From contig CACBDX010000003.1 in NCBI GenBank assembly GCA_902538155.1, positions 632 to 64,631 of the forward strand: a stretch of DNA of 64,000 nt, read 5' to 3'. A program made the position numbers and the translations under genes. The stretch's first letter is position 1. Every line of letters starts with the position of its first letter. Origin of the DNA: an uncultured Alphaproteobacteria bacterium (lineage in GTDB: Bacteria; Pseudomonadota; Alphaproteobacteria; HIMB59; GCA-002718135). This document shows positions 8,523 through 18,345 of the stretch, in pieces. The notes below the pieces were generated by a model that searched no databases, was not told the DNA's origin, and saw nothing but the letters and a program-made list of their open reading frames with translations.

Positions 8523-9887
8523 ATGAGCGACTCAATTAAATACTTACTTGAAGAAAATAAAGCACCAAAGTTTTGGTATAATATTAATGCAGACTTACCA
8601 AGTCCACCACCACCACCATTACACCCTGGAACTAAACAACCAGCCGGCCCTGATGACTTTGCTCCTTTATTTCCAATGAGTTTAATTATGCAAGAAGTTT
8701 CTACTGAAAGAGAAATAGAAATTCCTGAACCAGTAAGAGAAGTATACAAACAATGGAGACCTTCTCCTTTATTTAGGGCAAGAAGATTAGAAAAGTTTTT
8801 AGATACACCAGCTAAAATTTATTACAAATATGAAGGTGTCAGTCCTACCGGAAGTCACAAACCAAATACTGCAGTCCCACAAGCATTTTTTAATAAAGAA
8901 GAAGGAATTAGTAAAATTTTTACTGAAACTGGCGCAGGTCAGTGGGGAAGTTCATTAGCTTTTGCAGGTCAGATCTTTGGTATAGATATAGAAGTTTTTA
9001 TGGTTAGGGTTAGTTTTGATCATAAGCCTTACAGAAAATTAATGATGCAATCATTCGGCGCTAACTGTCACGCTAGTCCATCTAATTTAACTGATTTCGG
9101 TAACAAGTTATTATCAGAAAATCCTGATAACCCTGGAAGCTTGGGAATAGCTATTTCAGAAGCAATAGAAGCAACTGTTAAAAGTGGAGGTAAAGCAAAA
9201 TACTCACTTGGAAGTGTTTTAGGTCATGTTTTAATGCATCAAACTATAAATGGTAACGAAGCTATTATGCAAATGGAGATGGCTGGAGATTATCCTGATA
9301 TAATTGTTGGCTGTACAGGTGGTGGCAGTAATCTTTCTGGATTAATGTTCCCATTCTTAGGACAACAATTAAGAGGTGGTCAGAAAATTGATATAATTGG
9401 TTGCGAGCCTGCATCATGCCCTTCATTTACAAAGGGTAAGTATGCTTATGATCATGGTGATATGGCAAAAATGACTCCATTAATTAAAATGCATACTCTT
9501 GGGTCTGATTTCTTACCGCCAGCTAATCACTCTGGTGGATTAAGGTACCATGGTATGTCTTATCATTTAAGTCACTTATATGAGTTAGGTCTGATGAGAG
9601 CAAAGGCCTATGGTCAAAAAGATTGTTTTGAAGCGGGTTTAACTTTTGCAAAACAAGAAGGAATTATCCCTGCTCCAGAAGGAAACCATGCAATTAAAGG
9701 CGCTATTGATGCAGCTTTAGAATGTAAAGAAAAAGGTGAGTCAAAAACAATTCTCTTTAATTTATGTGGTCATGGATATTTTGATATGTCAGCTTATGAT
9801 GATTATCTAAATGGATCAATGGCTGATGATGTAATCGACGATGATGGAATAGGTAAATCTATTTCTCAAATACCAGAAGTAGCATAA
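8523..9887 (+). CDS. trpB2: TrpB-like PLP-dependent enzyme (tryptophan synthase beta chain 2 family)
   Basis: 454 aa. TGSHKPNTA carries the PLP lysine; GCTGGGSN is the phosphate loop. The N-terminal extension is typical of TrpB2 rather than TrpB1. Confidence 0.85.
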   Translation: MSDSIKYLLEENKAPKFWYNINADLPSPPPPPLHPGTKQPAGPDDFAPLFPMSLIMQEVSTEREIEIPEPVREVYKQWRPSPLFRARRLEKFLDTPAKIYYKYEGVSPTGSHKPNTAVPQAFFNKEEGISKIFTETGAGQWGSSLAFAGQIFGIDIEVFMVRVSFDHKPYRKLMMQSFGANCHASPSNLTDFGNKLLSENPDNPGSLGIAISEAIEATVKSGGKAKYSLGSVLGHVLMHQTINGNEAIMQMEMAGDYPDIIVGCTGGGSNLSGLMFPFLGQQLRGGQKIDIIGCEPASCPSFTKGKYAYDHGDMAKMTPLIKMHTLGSDFLPPANHSGGLRYHGMSYHLSHLYELGLMRAKAYGQKDCFEAGLTFAKQEGIIPAPEGNHAIKGAIDAALECKEKGESKTILFNLCGHGYFDMSAYDDYLNGSMADDVIDDDGIGKSISQIPEVA

Positions 9888-9933
9888 TTTAAGTTTAAAT
9901 TTTTTTTTATTTAATTAAAGGTGTTTTTTTATT

Positions 9934-11151
9934 ATGGTTGAAATTAAACCTTTTAAAGGAACACGTCCTTATAACGAAGATGCAAAAAATTTAATTGCTC
10001 CTTCTACTGATCATTTAAGTATTGAAAATATAGAAATATTTAAAAAAAATAATTATTGGAATTATTTAAAAATTTTGAATCCAGTTGGACAATTAAAAGA
10101 AGCAGACACTCTTTTAGAAGCTAAATCACATTTTAATGAAATGAAAGAAAATGACGTAATTAAAAAAGATAAAGAATTATTTTATTATATTTATCAAATT
10201 GAATTTAAAGGCCATACTCAACTAGGTTTTTTATCTCTTTCTAAAATCTCAGATTTTGTAAATGAAAAAATTAAAGCACATGAAAAAATATACGAGACAA
10301 GGATGAGAGAAAGAGCAGAGCAAATGTTGAATATCAAAACACAAATTGGTCCTATTTATGTAGTATATAAAAAAAATAATAAGATAAAAGATTTGTTATC
10401 CTCTATAATTTCAAATACTCCAGATTATGATTTTGAAAGCTTTGATAAATCTATTCATAAACTTTGGTGTGTTTCCGATAAATCTTTCATCGAAAAACTA
10501 TCTTCTGTTTTTATAAACGAGGTAGATAATTTTTATATTGCTGATGGACATCATAGAATGGGAGCAATGAAAATTATTGGAGAATTAAATTATAATAAAA
10601 ATATTTTACAGGAAGATTTTATGATAGCGGCGTTTCCAAGTGATGAAGCTAAAATATTTGACTATAATAGAGTTGTTAAAGATTTAAATGGCTTGAGTGA
10701 AGAAAAGTTTTTAGAAATTCTTTCAGAAAACTTCGAAATAAAAAATGAAAAAAATCCATTCAAACCTCAATCAAATAAACAATTTGGAATGTATCATGAA
10801 AAAAAATGGTATTCATTGTATTTTAAAACTGAATTAAAAACTTATAATTTTATTGATACACTAGATATTAATATTTTAAACAATTTCGTTTTCAAAAAAT
10901 ATTTAAATATTTCTGATGTTAACAATGATGAAAGAATAAGATTTATTGCTGGATGTCATGGTTTGGCAGCTTTAGAAAAAAAAGTTGATGAAAATACTGA
11001 TAGTGTGGCATTTTCTATCTTCCCATCTTCAATAAGTGATGTTATTACGGTCGCGAATAAAAATTTGACTATGCCTCCTAAATCAACATGGTTTGATCCA
11101 AAACCCTTAGATGGCTTAGTAGTTTATGAGTTTGAAAAAGCATATGAATAA
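9934..11151 (+). CDS. DUF1015 family protein
   Basis: The start MVEIKPFKGTRP and the IADGHHR motif are characteristic of DUF1015. Confidence 0.75.
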   Translation: MVEIKPFKGTRPYNEDAKNLIAPSTDHLSIENIEIFKKNNYWNYLKILNPVGQLKEADTLLEAKSHFNEMKENDVIKKDKELFYYIYQIEFKGHTQLGFLSLSKISDFVNEKIKAHEKIYETRMRERAEQMLNIKTQIGPIYVVYKKNNKIKDLLSSIISNTPDYDFESFDKSIHKLWCVSDKSFIEKLSSVFINEVDNFYIADGHHRMGAMKIIGELNYNKNILQEDFMIAAFPSDEAKIFDYNRVVKDLNGLSEEKFLEILSENFEIKNEKNPFKPQSNKQFGMYHEKKWYSLYFKTELKTYNFIDTLDINILNNFVFKKYLNISDVNNDERIRFIAGCHGLAALEKKVDENTDSVAFSIFPSSISDVITVANKNLTMPPKSTWFDPKPLDGLVVYEFEKAYE

Positions 11152-12307
11152 ACCTAATACAAAACCTAACAATCCAAACTTTTCAAGTGGCCCAACCTCA
11201 AAAAGACCAGGCTGGGATATATCTGTTTTGAGTAATGCTTTAACCGGTAGATCTCATAGATCTGTTGAATGTAAAGCAAGACTAAAAGAAGCAATTGATA
11301 AATCAAAAGATATTCTAAAATTACCTGATGATTATTTATTGGGTATAATGCCTGGATCAAATACTGGTGCTTTAGAGGCAGCTATGTGGTGCTTATTAGG
11401 TAAAACGGGAGTTGATATTCTTGCGTGGGAAAATTTTGGTAAAGATTGGGTAATAGATGCAATTAGTGAATTAAAATTAGATAATTTAAATATTCATGAA
11501 GAAGATTATGGCAAACTACCTGACCTTAGCAAAGTCAATTTTGATAATGATGTAATTTTTACATGGAATGGGACAACTTCTGGTGTCAAAGTTCCTAATG
11601 GAGACTGGATACCTGATGACAGAAAAGGTCTAACTATTTGTGATGCTACTTCAGCAATCTTTGGTATGCCAATAGATTACAATAAATGTGATGTTATAAC
11701 CTGGTCTTGGCAAAAAATACTTGGAGGAGAAGCTGCGCATGGAATGATAGCAATTTCTCCACGTGTTGTTGAAAGATTAGAAAGTTTTACACCTAGTTGG
11801 CCAGTTCCAAAATTATTTAGATTAGCTGAAAAACAAAAATTAATAAAAGGTATCTTTGAAGGAAATACAATTAATACACCTTCTATGATATGCGTTGAGG
11901 ATATTATTGATTCTTTAAACTGGGTTTCTTCTCAAGGAGGTTTAAATTCGTTAATCTCCAAATCTCAGAATTCTTTACAAAAAATTCGAGAATGGATTAA
12001 TGAGAGAGATTGGGTTACTTTTTTATCTGAAATTGAAGATGAGAATTATATTTCAAATACTGGAATAACTTTTAAAATTATTGAAGATTGGTTTACTAAT
12101 AAAGATGAAAGTAGTCAAAGAGCTGTAATGGCCGATATTTGCAAGTTACTTTCTGAAAATAATGTTGGATTTGATTGTAATGGATATCCCAAAGCACCAC
12201 CCTCTTTTAGAATATGGGCTGGAGGAACTGTTCAAACTTCAGATGTAGAATTAGTTTTACCTTGGATTGATTGGGCTTATTCAGAAATTAAATCAAAACA
12301 TGCCTAG
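11144..12307 (+). CDS. serC: phosphoserine aminotransferase (alphaproteobacterial long type)
   Basis: NPNFSSGPTSKRPGW, WSWQKILGGE (PLP lysine region) and FRIWAGGTV. I chose the ATG at 11144 (ATGAATAA overlap with the upstream stop) over the track start at 11126. Confidence 0.85.
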   Translation: MNKPNTKPNNPNFSSGPTSKRPGWDISVLSNALTGRSHRSVECKARLKEAIDKSKDILKLPDDYLLGIMPGSNTGALEAAMWCLLGKTGVDILAWENFGKDWVIDAISELKLDNLNIHEEDYGKLPDLSKVNFDNDVIFTWNGTTSGVKVPNGDWIPDDRKGLTICDATSAIFGMPIDYNKCDVITWSWQKILGGEAAHGMIAISPRVVERLESFTPSWPVPKLFRLAEKQKLIKGIFEGNTINTPSMICVEDIIDSLNWVSSQGGLNSLISKSQNSLQKIREWINERDWVTFLSEIEDENYISNTGITFKIIEDWFTNKDESSQRAVMADICKLLSENNVGFDCNGYPKAPPSFRIWAGGTVQTSDVELVLPWIDWAYSEIKSKHA

Positions 12308-13238
12308 AGTACTAATATCAGATCCACTAGATAGTATCGCATCTGAAATTTTAACAAAGAATAATATTTCAGTTGATACAAAAACAAACTTATCTTCCAA
12401 AGAATTAAAAAAAATTATTGATAATTATGATGGTTTAATCATTCGTTCAGCAACTAAAGTACGAAAAGACATAATTGATTCTCTTTCAAATTTAAAAATT
12501 ATAGGTAGGGCAGGAGCAGGAGTAGATAATGTTGATGTGGAAGCTGCTGAAAATAAAAATATTATTGTAATGAATACTCCAGGAGGTAATACAAATGCTA
12601 CAGCAGAACATACAATTGGTTTAATATTTGCATTACTAAGAAAAATTACTGCTGCAAATGAAACAACTCATAAGGGTCTTTGGGAAAAAAAGAAATTAAA
12701 AGGAAATGAAATTAAAGGTAAAAAAATTGGTATCGTAGGTTTTGGTAATGTAGGTAAAAGAGTTGCAGAAATATCTAATGTATTGGGAATGAAAGTTTCA
12801 ATATTTTCTTCATATTTTGAAACAATTAAGGATAGCTTTCCTGAATATAATTCTTGTTCTATCGATGAGATTATTAAATATTCAGATATAATTTCATTTC
12901 ACTGTAAACCCAGTAAGGATGGTAACCCCATTATGAATAAAAATCATTTATCAATGATGAAAAAAAATTGTATCATTATCAATACCGCTAGAGGTAACTT
13001 AGTTGATGAAGATGATCTTAAAAATGCTCTAGAAAAAAAAGAAATTCAAGGCGCTGCATTAGATGTTTTTAAAAATGAGCCTTTGGAAGAAAGTGGGTTT
13101 TATAATTTAGATAATATAATTTTAACTCCACATATTGCTGCTTCTACTGATGAAGCACAAATAGTTGTAGCAGAAATGGTCGCAAATCAATTTGTTGAAT
13201 TTTTTAATAATAAAAAAATAATAAATTCGGTTACTTAA
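12300..13238 (+). CDS. serA: D-3-phosphoglycerate dehydrogenase, short form without ACT domain (D-2-hydroxyacid dehydrogenase family)
   Basis: GIVGFGNVGKRVA NAD-binding motif, RAGAGVDNVD, NTARG and LTPHIAAST. The ATG at 12300 overlaps the serC stop. Confidence 0.8.
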   Translation: MPRVLISDPLDSIASEILTKNNISVDTKTNLSSKELKKIIDNYDGLIIRSATKVRKDIIDSLSNLKIIGRAGAGVDNVDVEAAENKNIIVMNTPGGNTNATAEHTIGLIFALLRKITAANETTHKGLWEKKKLKGNEIKGKKIGIVGFGNVGKRVAEISNVLGMKVSIFSSYFETIKDSFPEYNSCSIDEIIKYSDIISFHCKPSKDGNPIMNKNHLSMMKKNCIIINTARGNLVDEDDLKNALEKKEIQGAALDVFKNEPLEESGFYNLDNIILTPHIAASTDEAQIVVAEMVANQFVEFFNNKKIINSVT

Positions 13239-15090
13239 TAAAAATTTCTGTTAAATTTTCTAAGTAAGCTGATGGATTTGAGAGAATGTTACCATCTAAT
13301 ATATTAGCTTGATCTAAAATTAAATTTGAAGCTTTTTTATGGTCAATTTTTGTTAAATTTTGTGATAGATTTACAATCATCGGATGGTCAGGATTAATCT
13401 CAAGTATCTTTTTCGAAACAGGAGTTTTTTGATTATGCATTTTCATCAGTTTTTCCATATTTATATCCATACCAGCTTCTTCAGCAACAAGCAGAATTGG
13501 GCTTTTGGTTAATCTCTTAGATACAATAACATCAGATATTGTCTCTTTAAGCTCTGTTTTAAGTATGTTGATTAAATCATTGATTTTACTATCTACTTCT
13601 TTTTTATCTTCGTCTTTCTTACTTGATTTTTCACCAACTTTTGAAACATCAACCTTACCTTTGGTTATTGATTTAAATTCTAAATCTTTAAATTTATTTA
13701 CATTTTGTATCCAAAACTCATCTACTGCATCAACCATAAACAAAACTGGTATCTTTTTATCAGTGAAAACTTCTAATTGAGGGGAGTTTTTAATATGATC
13801 CTTATCAGTATTAGCAAAATAATAAATTTCTTTTTGATCTTTAGCCATTAATTTAGTGTACTCTTCAAGAGATATTTTTTTATCATTTAAAGAATTTTCA
13901 AATCTCAATAGCGGTAGGATTTTTTCATGATGATCATTATGTTCGTATAACCCTTCTTTTAAAACAGGACCAAAATTATTCCAAAATGTCTCAAATTTAT
14001 CCTTTTCTTTCTTAGCCAAGCTATCAATTTCACTTAAAATTTTATTTGTAATACCTTTTTTTATTTTTGTAATAATAGGATTATTTTGAAGCATTTCTCT
14101 ACTTATATTTAGAGAAATATCTTGTGAGTCGACTACTCCTGGAATAAAACGTAACCAATTAGGAATTATGTCTTCACAATCATCAGTGATAAAAACTTTT
14201 TGAACATATAATTTTATTTTATTCTTCCTATCAGCATTGAATAAATCCATAGGTTGATTTGTAGGAAAATAAAGTAAAGCCTTATAACTAATAACACCCT
14301 CAGCGTTATAATGGATAGTTTTTAAGGGATCATCAAAGTTAAATGAAATATTATTATAAAATTGCTTATAGTCTTCCTCTTTTATATCTTTTTTATCTTT
14401 TAGCCATAATGGACTACCTTCATTTATTTTTTCTTCTTTTTCTTTATCATCAAGGTCCTTAAGATAAATTGGAAAAGGAATATAATTTGAGTATTTTGTT
14501 ATAATTGATCTTAAACGAAATGAATCCAAAAATTCATCAGCATCTTTCTTGATATTTAGAGTTATACAAGTGCCTCTTTTATTTTTTTTAGCTTCTTCTA
14601 TGGTATAATTTTCTTTTCCATTAGATGACCAAAGATTTGTTTCTTCATTTTCAGCATCTTTAGAGAGCACTTCAACATTATCTGCAACCATATATGAGGA
14701 ATAAAAACCAACACCAAACTGTCCAATTGCAGAAATATCGTTGCTTTTTTTATTTTTCATTGCTTCAATAAATTTACTAGTTCCTGATCTCGCTATAGTT
14801 CCTAAATTATCAATAAGTTCATTTTTTGACATTCCAATTCCATTATCTTCAATTTCAATAATTTTTTTCTTTTTTGAAACTCTGATATTAATTTTTAAAT
14901 CCTTTTCATCTTTCAAAAGATTTTTTTTGGAAAGTGATTGATATCTTAATTTTTCGCAGGCATCAGCTGAATTAGATATTAGTTCTCTTAGAAATATTTC
15001 CCTTTCACTATAAAGGGAATTAGCAACAAGATCTAAAAGCTTACTTACTTCAGCTTGAAATGTTAAATTTTCTTTAGTTTTTTCTGCCAT
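13231..15090 (-). CDS. htpG: molecular chaperone HtpG (Hsp90)
   Basis: 619 aa with RELISNSADACEKLRY and GQFGVGFYS motifs. Confidence 0.95.
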   Translation of the reverse strand: MAEKTKENLTFQAEVSKLLDLVANSLYSEREIFLRELISNSADACEKLRYQSLSKKNLLKDEKDLKINIRVSKKKKIIEIEDNGIGMSKNELIDNLGTIARSGTSKFIEAMKNKKSNDISAIGQFGVGFYSSYMVADNVEVLSKDAENEETNLWSSNGKENYTIEEAKKNKRGTCITLNIKKDADEFLDSFRLRSIITKYSNYIPFPIYLKDLDDKEKEEKINEGSPLWLKDKKDIKEEDYKQFYNNISFNFDDPLKTIHYNAEGVISYKALLYFPTNQPMDLFNADRKNKIKLYVQKVFITDDCEDIIPNWLRFIPGVVDSQDISLNISREMLQNNPIITKIKKGITNKILSEIDSLAKKEKDKFETFWNNFGPVLKEGLYEHNDHHEKILPLLRFENSLNDKKISLEEYTKLMAKDQKEIYYFANTDKDHIKNSPQLEVFTDKKIPVLFMVDAVDEFWIQNVNKFKDLEFKSITKGKVDVSKVGEKSSKKDEDKKEVDSKINDLINILKTELKETISDVIVSKRLTKSPILLVAEEAGMDINMEKLMKMHNQKTPVSKKILEINPDHPMIVNLSQNLTKIDHKKASNLILDQANILDGNILSNPSAYLENLTEIFIK

Positions 15091-15097
15091 TTTTGAA

Positions 15098-15125
15098 ATT
15101 TAAGCATTCATATCTATAATTCAAT
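15098..15125 (-). promoter_or_regulatory. possible sigma-32 (RpoH)-type promoter of htpG
   Basis: The minus strand reads ATTG-N17-CTTAAAT, ending 7 nt before the htpG ATG. The alphaproteobacterial RpoH consensus is CTTG-N17-CYTATNT. Confidence 0.25.
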
Positions 15126-15173
15126 AGTAAGCAATAATTTTTTGCCACATTTAAGACTATATAAGTAAAAGTT

Positions 15174-15806
15174 ATGGTATTTAGGTTTATAATGAAATTT
15201 GATAATTTTTTTAAATTATTGTGCATTACATTGTTATTTTTATATGCATGCACCTCAAATCAGTTAACAAATACCGCTGATAGTTGCATAATTTTTGATG
15301 AAAAGAAAAGCTGGTATAAAGCAACTAAAAATTCTTATGATAAATGGAATACCCCAATTGCATTCCAATTAGCAATTATAAAACAAGAATCATCTTTTAC
15401 TCAATTTGCAAAACCAAAAAGAAAAAAATTTTTAGGTTTAATACCAACCTCTAGACCATCAACTGCTTTTGGTTATGCACAAATAACAAATCCCACTTGG
15501 GATTGGTATAAGAATAAAACTGGAAATCAAAATGCATCAAGGGCGAATTTTAAAGATGTAACTGATTTTATTGGCTGGTACACAACGCAGTCCGAAAATA
15601 TGATTGGAATTTCAAAAAATGATTACTATAATCAATATTTAGCATACCATGAAGGTCAAAACGGATGGTCGAAAGAGACATTTAAAAGTAAAGATTGGTT
15701 GATTGATGTTGCTAAAAATGTAGAAAGAAATACTAAGATGTTTAATAAACAACTAAAACAATGTGAAGAAAAACTAAATAAAAAAGGTTTCTTCGGAATA
15801 TTATAA
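15174..15806 (+). CDS. lipoprotein with lytic-transglycosylase (SLT)-like motifs
   Basis: Lipobox-like LFLYAC. IIKQESSF (catalytic Glu context) and AFGYAQI resemble the SLT domain. Confidence 0.55.
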   Translation: MVFRFIMKFDNFFKLLCITLLFLYACTSNQLTNTADSCIIFDEKKSWYKATKNSYDKWNTPIAFQLAIIKQESSFTQFAKPKRKKFLGLIPTSRPSTAFGYAQITNPTWDWYKNKTGNQNASRANFKDVTDFIGWYTTQSENMIGISKNDYYNQYLAYHEGQNGWSKETFKSKDWLIDVAKNVERNTKMFNKQLKQCEEKLNKKGFFGIL

Positions 15807-16984
15807 TGCCAATTTTAAATAGTATAAATCAAATGCAAGATCAGATGACAGAATGGCGTCAGGATTTACATAAAATTCCTGAGATAGGCCTTCAAGAATT
15901 TGAAACATCAAAATATATCAAAAATAAGTTAAGTGAATTTAATATTAAATTTAAAGATGGTTACGCTAATACAGGTGTTGTTGCTTGGGTAGATGGTAAT
16001 GAAGTCACTAATGATAAGACAATTGGTTTAAGAGCAGATTTTGACGCTCTTCCTATGCCAGAACAAAACGAATTTAATCATAAATCACAAAATAAAGGTA
16101 TGATGCATGGTTGTGGTCATGATGGTCATACCACAATGCTTCTTGGAGCAGCGAAATATCTAAGTGAAAATAATAATTTTAATGGAAGAGTATATTTCAT
16201 TTTTCAACCAGGAGAAGAAGGTTTTGCTGGAGGAGAAAAAATGATTCAAGATGGTATGTTTGATGATTTTAAAATTGATGAAGTATATGCACTTCATAAT
16301 TGGCCTGAGTTACCTTTAGGTACGTTTGGTGTAAATAGTGGACCGATGATGGCAGCAGTTGATGAATTTGATATTACTGTAAAAGGAAAGGGCGGTCATG
16401 CTGCATCACCTCATCTAGCAATTGATCCTGTAGTAATTTCTGCGCAAGTTATTTCTGCTGTTCAAACAATTATAAGTAGATCGACAGATCCTGTTGATAA
16501 AGCTCTTATAAGTATTACAAAAATTAATGCTGGTACAGCGTATAATGTGATTGATGATCAAGTTAAAATGGGTGGGACTATTAGAACTTTTCGAAGAGAA
16601 ACACGAGCATATATAGAAAAAAGATTAAATGAATTATGTAAAGGTATAGCCGATGCACATGGTGCAGAGATAAAAATTGAGTTTGATTTAGTAAATAAAT
16701 ATCCACCTACTATCAATTCTAAAGAAGAAACAAAATTTGCTGCAAATGTAGCTAAAGATTTAGTCGGTGATGATAAAGTTATTACTGATATTGACCCTTC
16801 AATGGGAGGAGAAGATTTTTCATATTTGTTAGAAAAAAAACCTGGTTCCTATCTTTATCTTGGTCAAGGAGATGCAGAACATAGCGCTCATCTACATACA
16901 ACAAAGTATGATTTTAATGATAATTTATTACCTATTGGTGTAAATTTTTGGGTGGATCTTGTTCAAAAATACTTTTCTAAGTAA
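15806..16984 (+). CDS. M20D-family amidohydrolase (N-acyl-amino-acid / hippurate hydrolase-like)
   Basis: MHGCGHDGHTTMLLGAAKYL, FQPGEEG and GGEDFSY motifs. Confidence 0.9.
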   Translation: MPILNSINQMQDQMTEWRQDLHKIPEIGLQEFETSKYIKNKLSEFNIKFKDGYANTGVVAWVDGNEVTNDKTIGLRADFDALPMPEQNEFNHKSQNKGMMHGCGHDGHTTMLLGAAKYLSENNNFNGRVYFIFQPGEEGFAGGEKMIQDGMFDDFKIDEVYALHNWPELPLGTFGVNSGPMMAAVDEFDITVKGKGGHAASPHLAIDPVVISAQVISAVQTIISRSTDPVDKALISITKINAGTAYNVIDDQVKMGGTIRTFRRETRAYIEKRLNELCKGIADAHGAEIKIEFDLVNKYPPTINSKEETKFAANVAKDLVGDDKVITDIDPSMGGEDFSYLLEKKPGSYLYLGQGDAEHSAHLHTTKYDFNDNLLPIGVNFWVDLVQKYFSK

Positions 16985-16990
16985 TCTTAA

Positions 16991-17755
16991 TTGATGTTAA
17001 ATTTTAGTGCGATTTATTCAATAATCGCATTTAGAATAAAAGAATTTCTACAAGAGTATCATTATTCTTTATTAGCCCCTCTAACTACAAATCTTTTATT
17101 TATATTAGTTTTTATAACAGTAGAAAATTATTACTCACTTTCTATGGATTCTGGTTCTTTCGTTGAATTTATTGCTCCTGGATTAATCATTATGATCGTT
17201 GCTCAGGAAAGTTACGATAATTCGTCTGCTACTTTGATTCATATGAAACAAATTGGTTCTTTGGATGATTGGTTAATGGCACCTATCTATAGGATTGAAA
17301 TATTAATATCATTAATATTAACATCTCTTATTATTGGAATTATTTTAGCGCTGTTTAATTTTTTAATATTTACTTTTTTAATAGATATTGAAATTTATAA
17401 TTTTTTTAATTTTTTTTACTACCTATTTTTAGTTATAATATTTTTCTCATGTTTAGGGTGTTTCGTAGGAATAATTTTTAATTCTTGGGATTCACAAAGT
17501 ACATTCTCAAGCTTTTTTGTTGCTCCTATTAATTTTTTATCAGGAACCTTTTTTTCAATAAATTATCTTCCTGATAATTTGAAGGCTATACTTTTATATA
17601 ATCCTTACTATTATGTTGTAAGCTTTTTTAGGAATTCATTTAATGATGAATTTTCATTTAATTTAGTTGAAAATATCTTTATAATATTTTTTATTTTATT
17701 AACTTTGATTATTACATCATTTATTTTTTTCAAAGGTTTTAAAATTATTAAATGA
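16991..17755 (+). CDS. ABC-2-type transporter permease
   Basis: 254 aa with 6 TM segments and layout typical of the ABC-2 family. No ATPase gene is adjacent. TTG start. Confidence 0.55.
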   Translation: MMLNFSAIYSIIAFRIKEFLQEYHYSLLAPLTTNLLFILVFITVENYYSLSMDSGSFVEFIAPGLIIMIVAQESYDNSSATLIHMKQIGSLDDWLMAPIYRIEILISLILTSLIIGIILALFNFLIFTFLIDIEIYNFFNFFYYLFLVIIFFSCLGCFVGIIFNSWDSQSTFSSFFVAPINFLSGTFFSINYLPDNLKAILLYNPYYYVVSFFRNSFNDEFSFNLVENIFIIFFILLTLIITSFIFFKGFKIIK

Positions 17756-18345
17756 TTGATATTATTTTTAATTTTTTAATTCAATTTGATTTATTAATCA
17801 AAAATAATTTAGAATTATCTTTAATTTTATATTTTTTATTTTCATTTTTATTTTTTACATTTTCTCTACCTGGTAGTTTAATAATTATACTTGCATCAAG
17901 TTTCTTTTTCGGATTTATTACAGGTTTTATAATTAATATAACAACTATTGTTTTAGGTAGCTTATGTTTTTTTCTTTTTTTTAAAAAATTATTTAAAAAA
18001 TATTTTAATAAACAAATTGAAAAATTTAGTGATAAACTAAATAAAACTATTAAAAAATCATCTTTTGAATACTTAGTTTTATTACGACTTATCTTTGGGG
18101 TGCCATTATTTGTTCAAAATTTATTTTTATCAACATTGAACATTTCTAAAACTAAATTTATAATTTCATCTTTTATTGGTTTTACTCCTTATTTTCTTCT
18201 TTTTTCATTTATTGGTAATCAATTTTCTGATCTTATTGAAGTTAAGGAATTTCAACTTAGTAATATTTTATCATTTGAATTAGTTTTAATTTTTTTACTT
18301 TTAATTATTTTTTTATTACTTAGAATTTTTTTTAAATTTAAATAA
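17752..18345 (+). CDS. TVP38/TMEM64 (DedA/SNARE-associated) family membrane protein
   Basis: 197-aa membrane protein. LRLIFGVPLFVQN resembles the conserved DedA-family loop. Confidence 0.6.
   Translation: MIDIIFNFLIQFDLLIKNNLELSLILYFLFSFLFFTFSLPGSLIIILASSFFFGFITGFIINITTIVLGSLCFFLFFKKLFKKYFNKQIEKFSDKLNKTIKKSSFEYLVLLRLIFGVPLFVQNLFLSTLNISKTKFIISSFIGFTPYFLLFSFIGNQFSDLIEVKEFQLSNILSFELVLIFLLLIIFLLLRIFFKFK

Noticed and set aside
8608-8625. A run of five consecutive proline codons (CCA x5, SPPPPPL) near the N-terminus of TrpB2, as a possible EF-P-dependent stalling or regulatory element. Its antisense GGGGG-containing ORF is at 8492-8749.
   Set aside because: The run is really present, but a proline-rich segment at this position is a normal feature of the TrpB2 N-terminal extension. 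There is no evidence for a regulatory role, and the antisense ORF is spurious.
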